Below are positions 62,717 through 64,000 of a stretch of 64,000 bases of DNA, one piece after another. Source of the DNA: Antedon mediterranea. Taxonomy: Eukaryota > Animalia > Echinodermata. Each line of letters starts with the position of its first letter. The stretch's first letter is position 1. The translations under genes were made by a program, and so were the position numbers. Where the stretch lies: positions 28,910,871 to 28,974,870 of the forward strand of contig NC_092676.1 in NCBI RefSeq assembly GCF_964355755.1, in the 5' to 3' direction. The notes under the pieces were generated by a model. The model was not told the origin of the DNA and searched no databases. It saw only the letters and a program-made list of their open reading frames with translations.

Positions 62717-64000
62717 CTTGAGAAAAATACGACTCTTCCTTCTTGGTTGATAAAGATAAGATGATAATATCTGCTGCTGCAATATTCAACTCTTTTACCA
62801 CGACTAATGCACGCGCAAAGTAAGAACAAATATGGACTAAAACACAACAGCATCATGCGTGACAAAAGTGCTAAAAGTTTTTGGAATGTACCATTTATGT
62901 AGAGGTTGAGTAATGACAAAGCAATAAAAACCGATTACAAAATATGTTATAATCAAAAATATAAGTTATAGAAATAGTAATTGTATTGTTTTAATAGAAA
63001 GTTAACGAAAGATATTAATAATAAATATAATGATTTACAATATAAAAAGACATATTTATTAAGTATAGTTGATATACACATAATGGAATCTTCCGAATAT
63101 TAAAATTAAATACATTTCAAGTTAATACAACGAACATGTGTTAAAGCGGAAGATCAATAATCTTTCGTATGAGTGTATACGATCGCATACAGTTTGGATT
63201 GTTTCACACAAAAAAATACTGTCCCTTTAATTTGTAGATACCCCTCTAATAAAAAATCCTCAACTTTGTCGCGCACCAATGCCATCAACAAGAAGAAGCA
63301 CATTGTTCATGTTCGTGCGCGTACAGACGCGAAACAGGATTGCGGTGGTACGCGACTGATAGTAATTATTTTAGGGAATGGACAAATTTGATTGATTGAT
63401 TAATAGTATTGCTTCATTTTAAACATAACATTTCAAATGAATTATTAATTAAAATGACGAGTCACCATGAAACAGCCTCGCCTTCAGTTAATTATATTAA
63501 ACGCTTTTTGACAATGACGCTATCATAATAATAACCTACTTAAGTCTGTATCCAACAAAAAGAAGATGTTCATACTTATGTTGACTCGACACAATTTGAC
63601 CTTTGGTAGAATATTCATGTGTTTGTACAAGTAGTGGTCTATTGATTGAAAATCTTCAACTTCGTATTGTAATGAGTTGAAGGAGGACAATCTAGGTCTC
63701 AGACGACAGAAAACAACTATAGAAGGGACTTTCTGTGAACCAGATTTAACAACCCAGCAAAGTTCGGTAACACTCAACTTTTTCACGAGATTGTATCAGC
63801 TTTAACTTTACATTACAACGCGGCAGAGTAGTAGGCCTACCAAGAAAAGGTAACCACACATCCAGGTTCTAGATACCAGACCTACCAACGATAACAGCTC
63901 TGAAAAAAAAGAAATAATTAAGTTTGTATTCAAATGATGTATACAATGTAATGTATACAAATAATATGAGCTAGCATATAGGACTTTTGATAAATCACCA

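Noticed and set aside
63523-63786. 87-aa ORF in a slightly GC-richer patch
   Set aside because: No recognisable motif or consistent splice pattern in either direction.

Overview
AT-rich, intron-containing animal genomic DNA; a marine invertebrate such as an echinoderm is my inference from repeat content, not proven. The ORF track misses most real genes because exons are short. Reading splice sites by hand gives: the 5' half of SAAL1 (minus, runs off the left edge); a head-to-head 3-exon gene of unknown function (2761-5275); SNRNP70/U1-70K (minus, 8 coding exons) with a candidate poison exon; six 4-exon MARVEL-domain tetraspan genes (one on plus, five in tandem on minus, 19.3-53.7 kb) with a divergent Cys-bounded first loop; and an 11-exon ammonium transporter whose exon 9 is frameshifted by a 19-bp triplication. 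Introns hold many non-autonomous DNA transposons (TA-, TWA-, TTAA- and 5-bp-TSD families, HINEs, a 4.9-kb foldback element), SINE/LINE fragments and minisatellites. Most notable: a 27-bp minisatellite that amplifies a splice donor 23 times in frame, the diversifying MARVEL cluster, and abundant TAGGCCTA/TACAGTA motifs that paralog comparison shows are insertions at TA sites.
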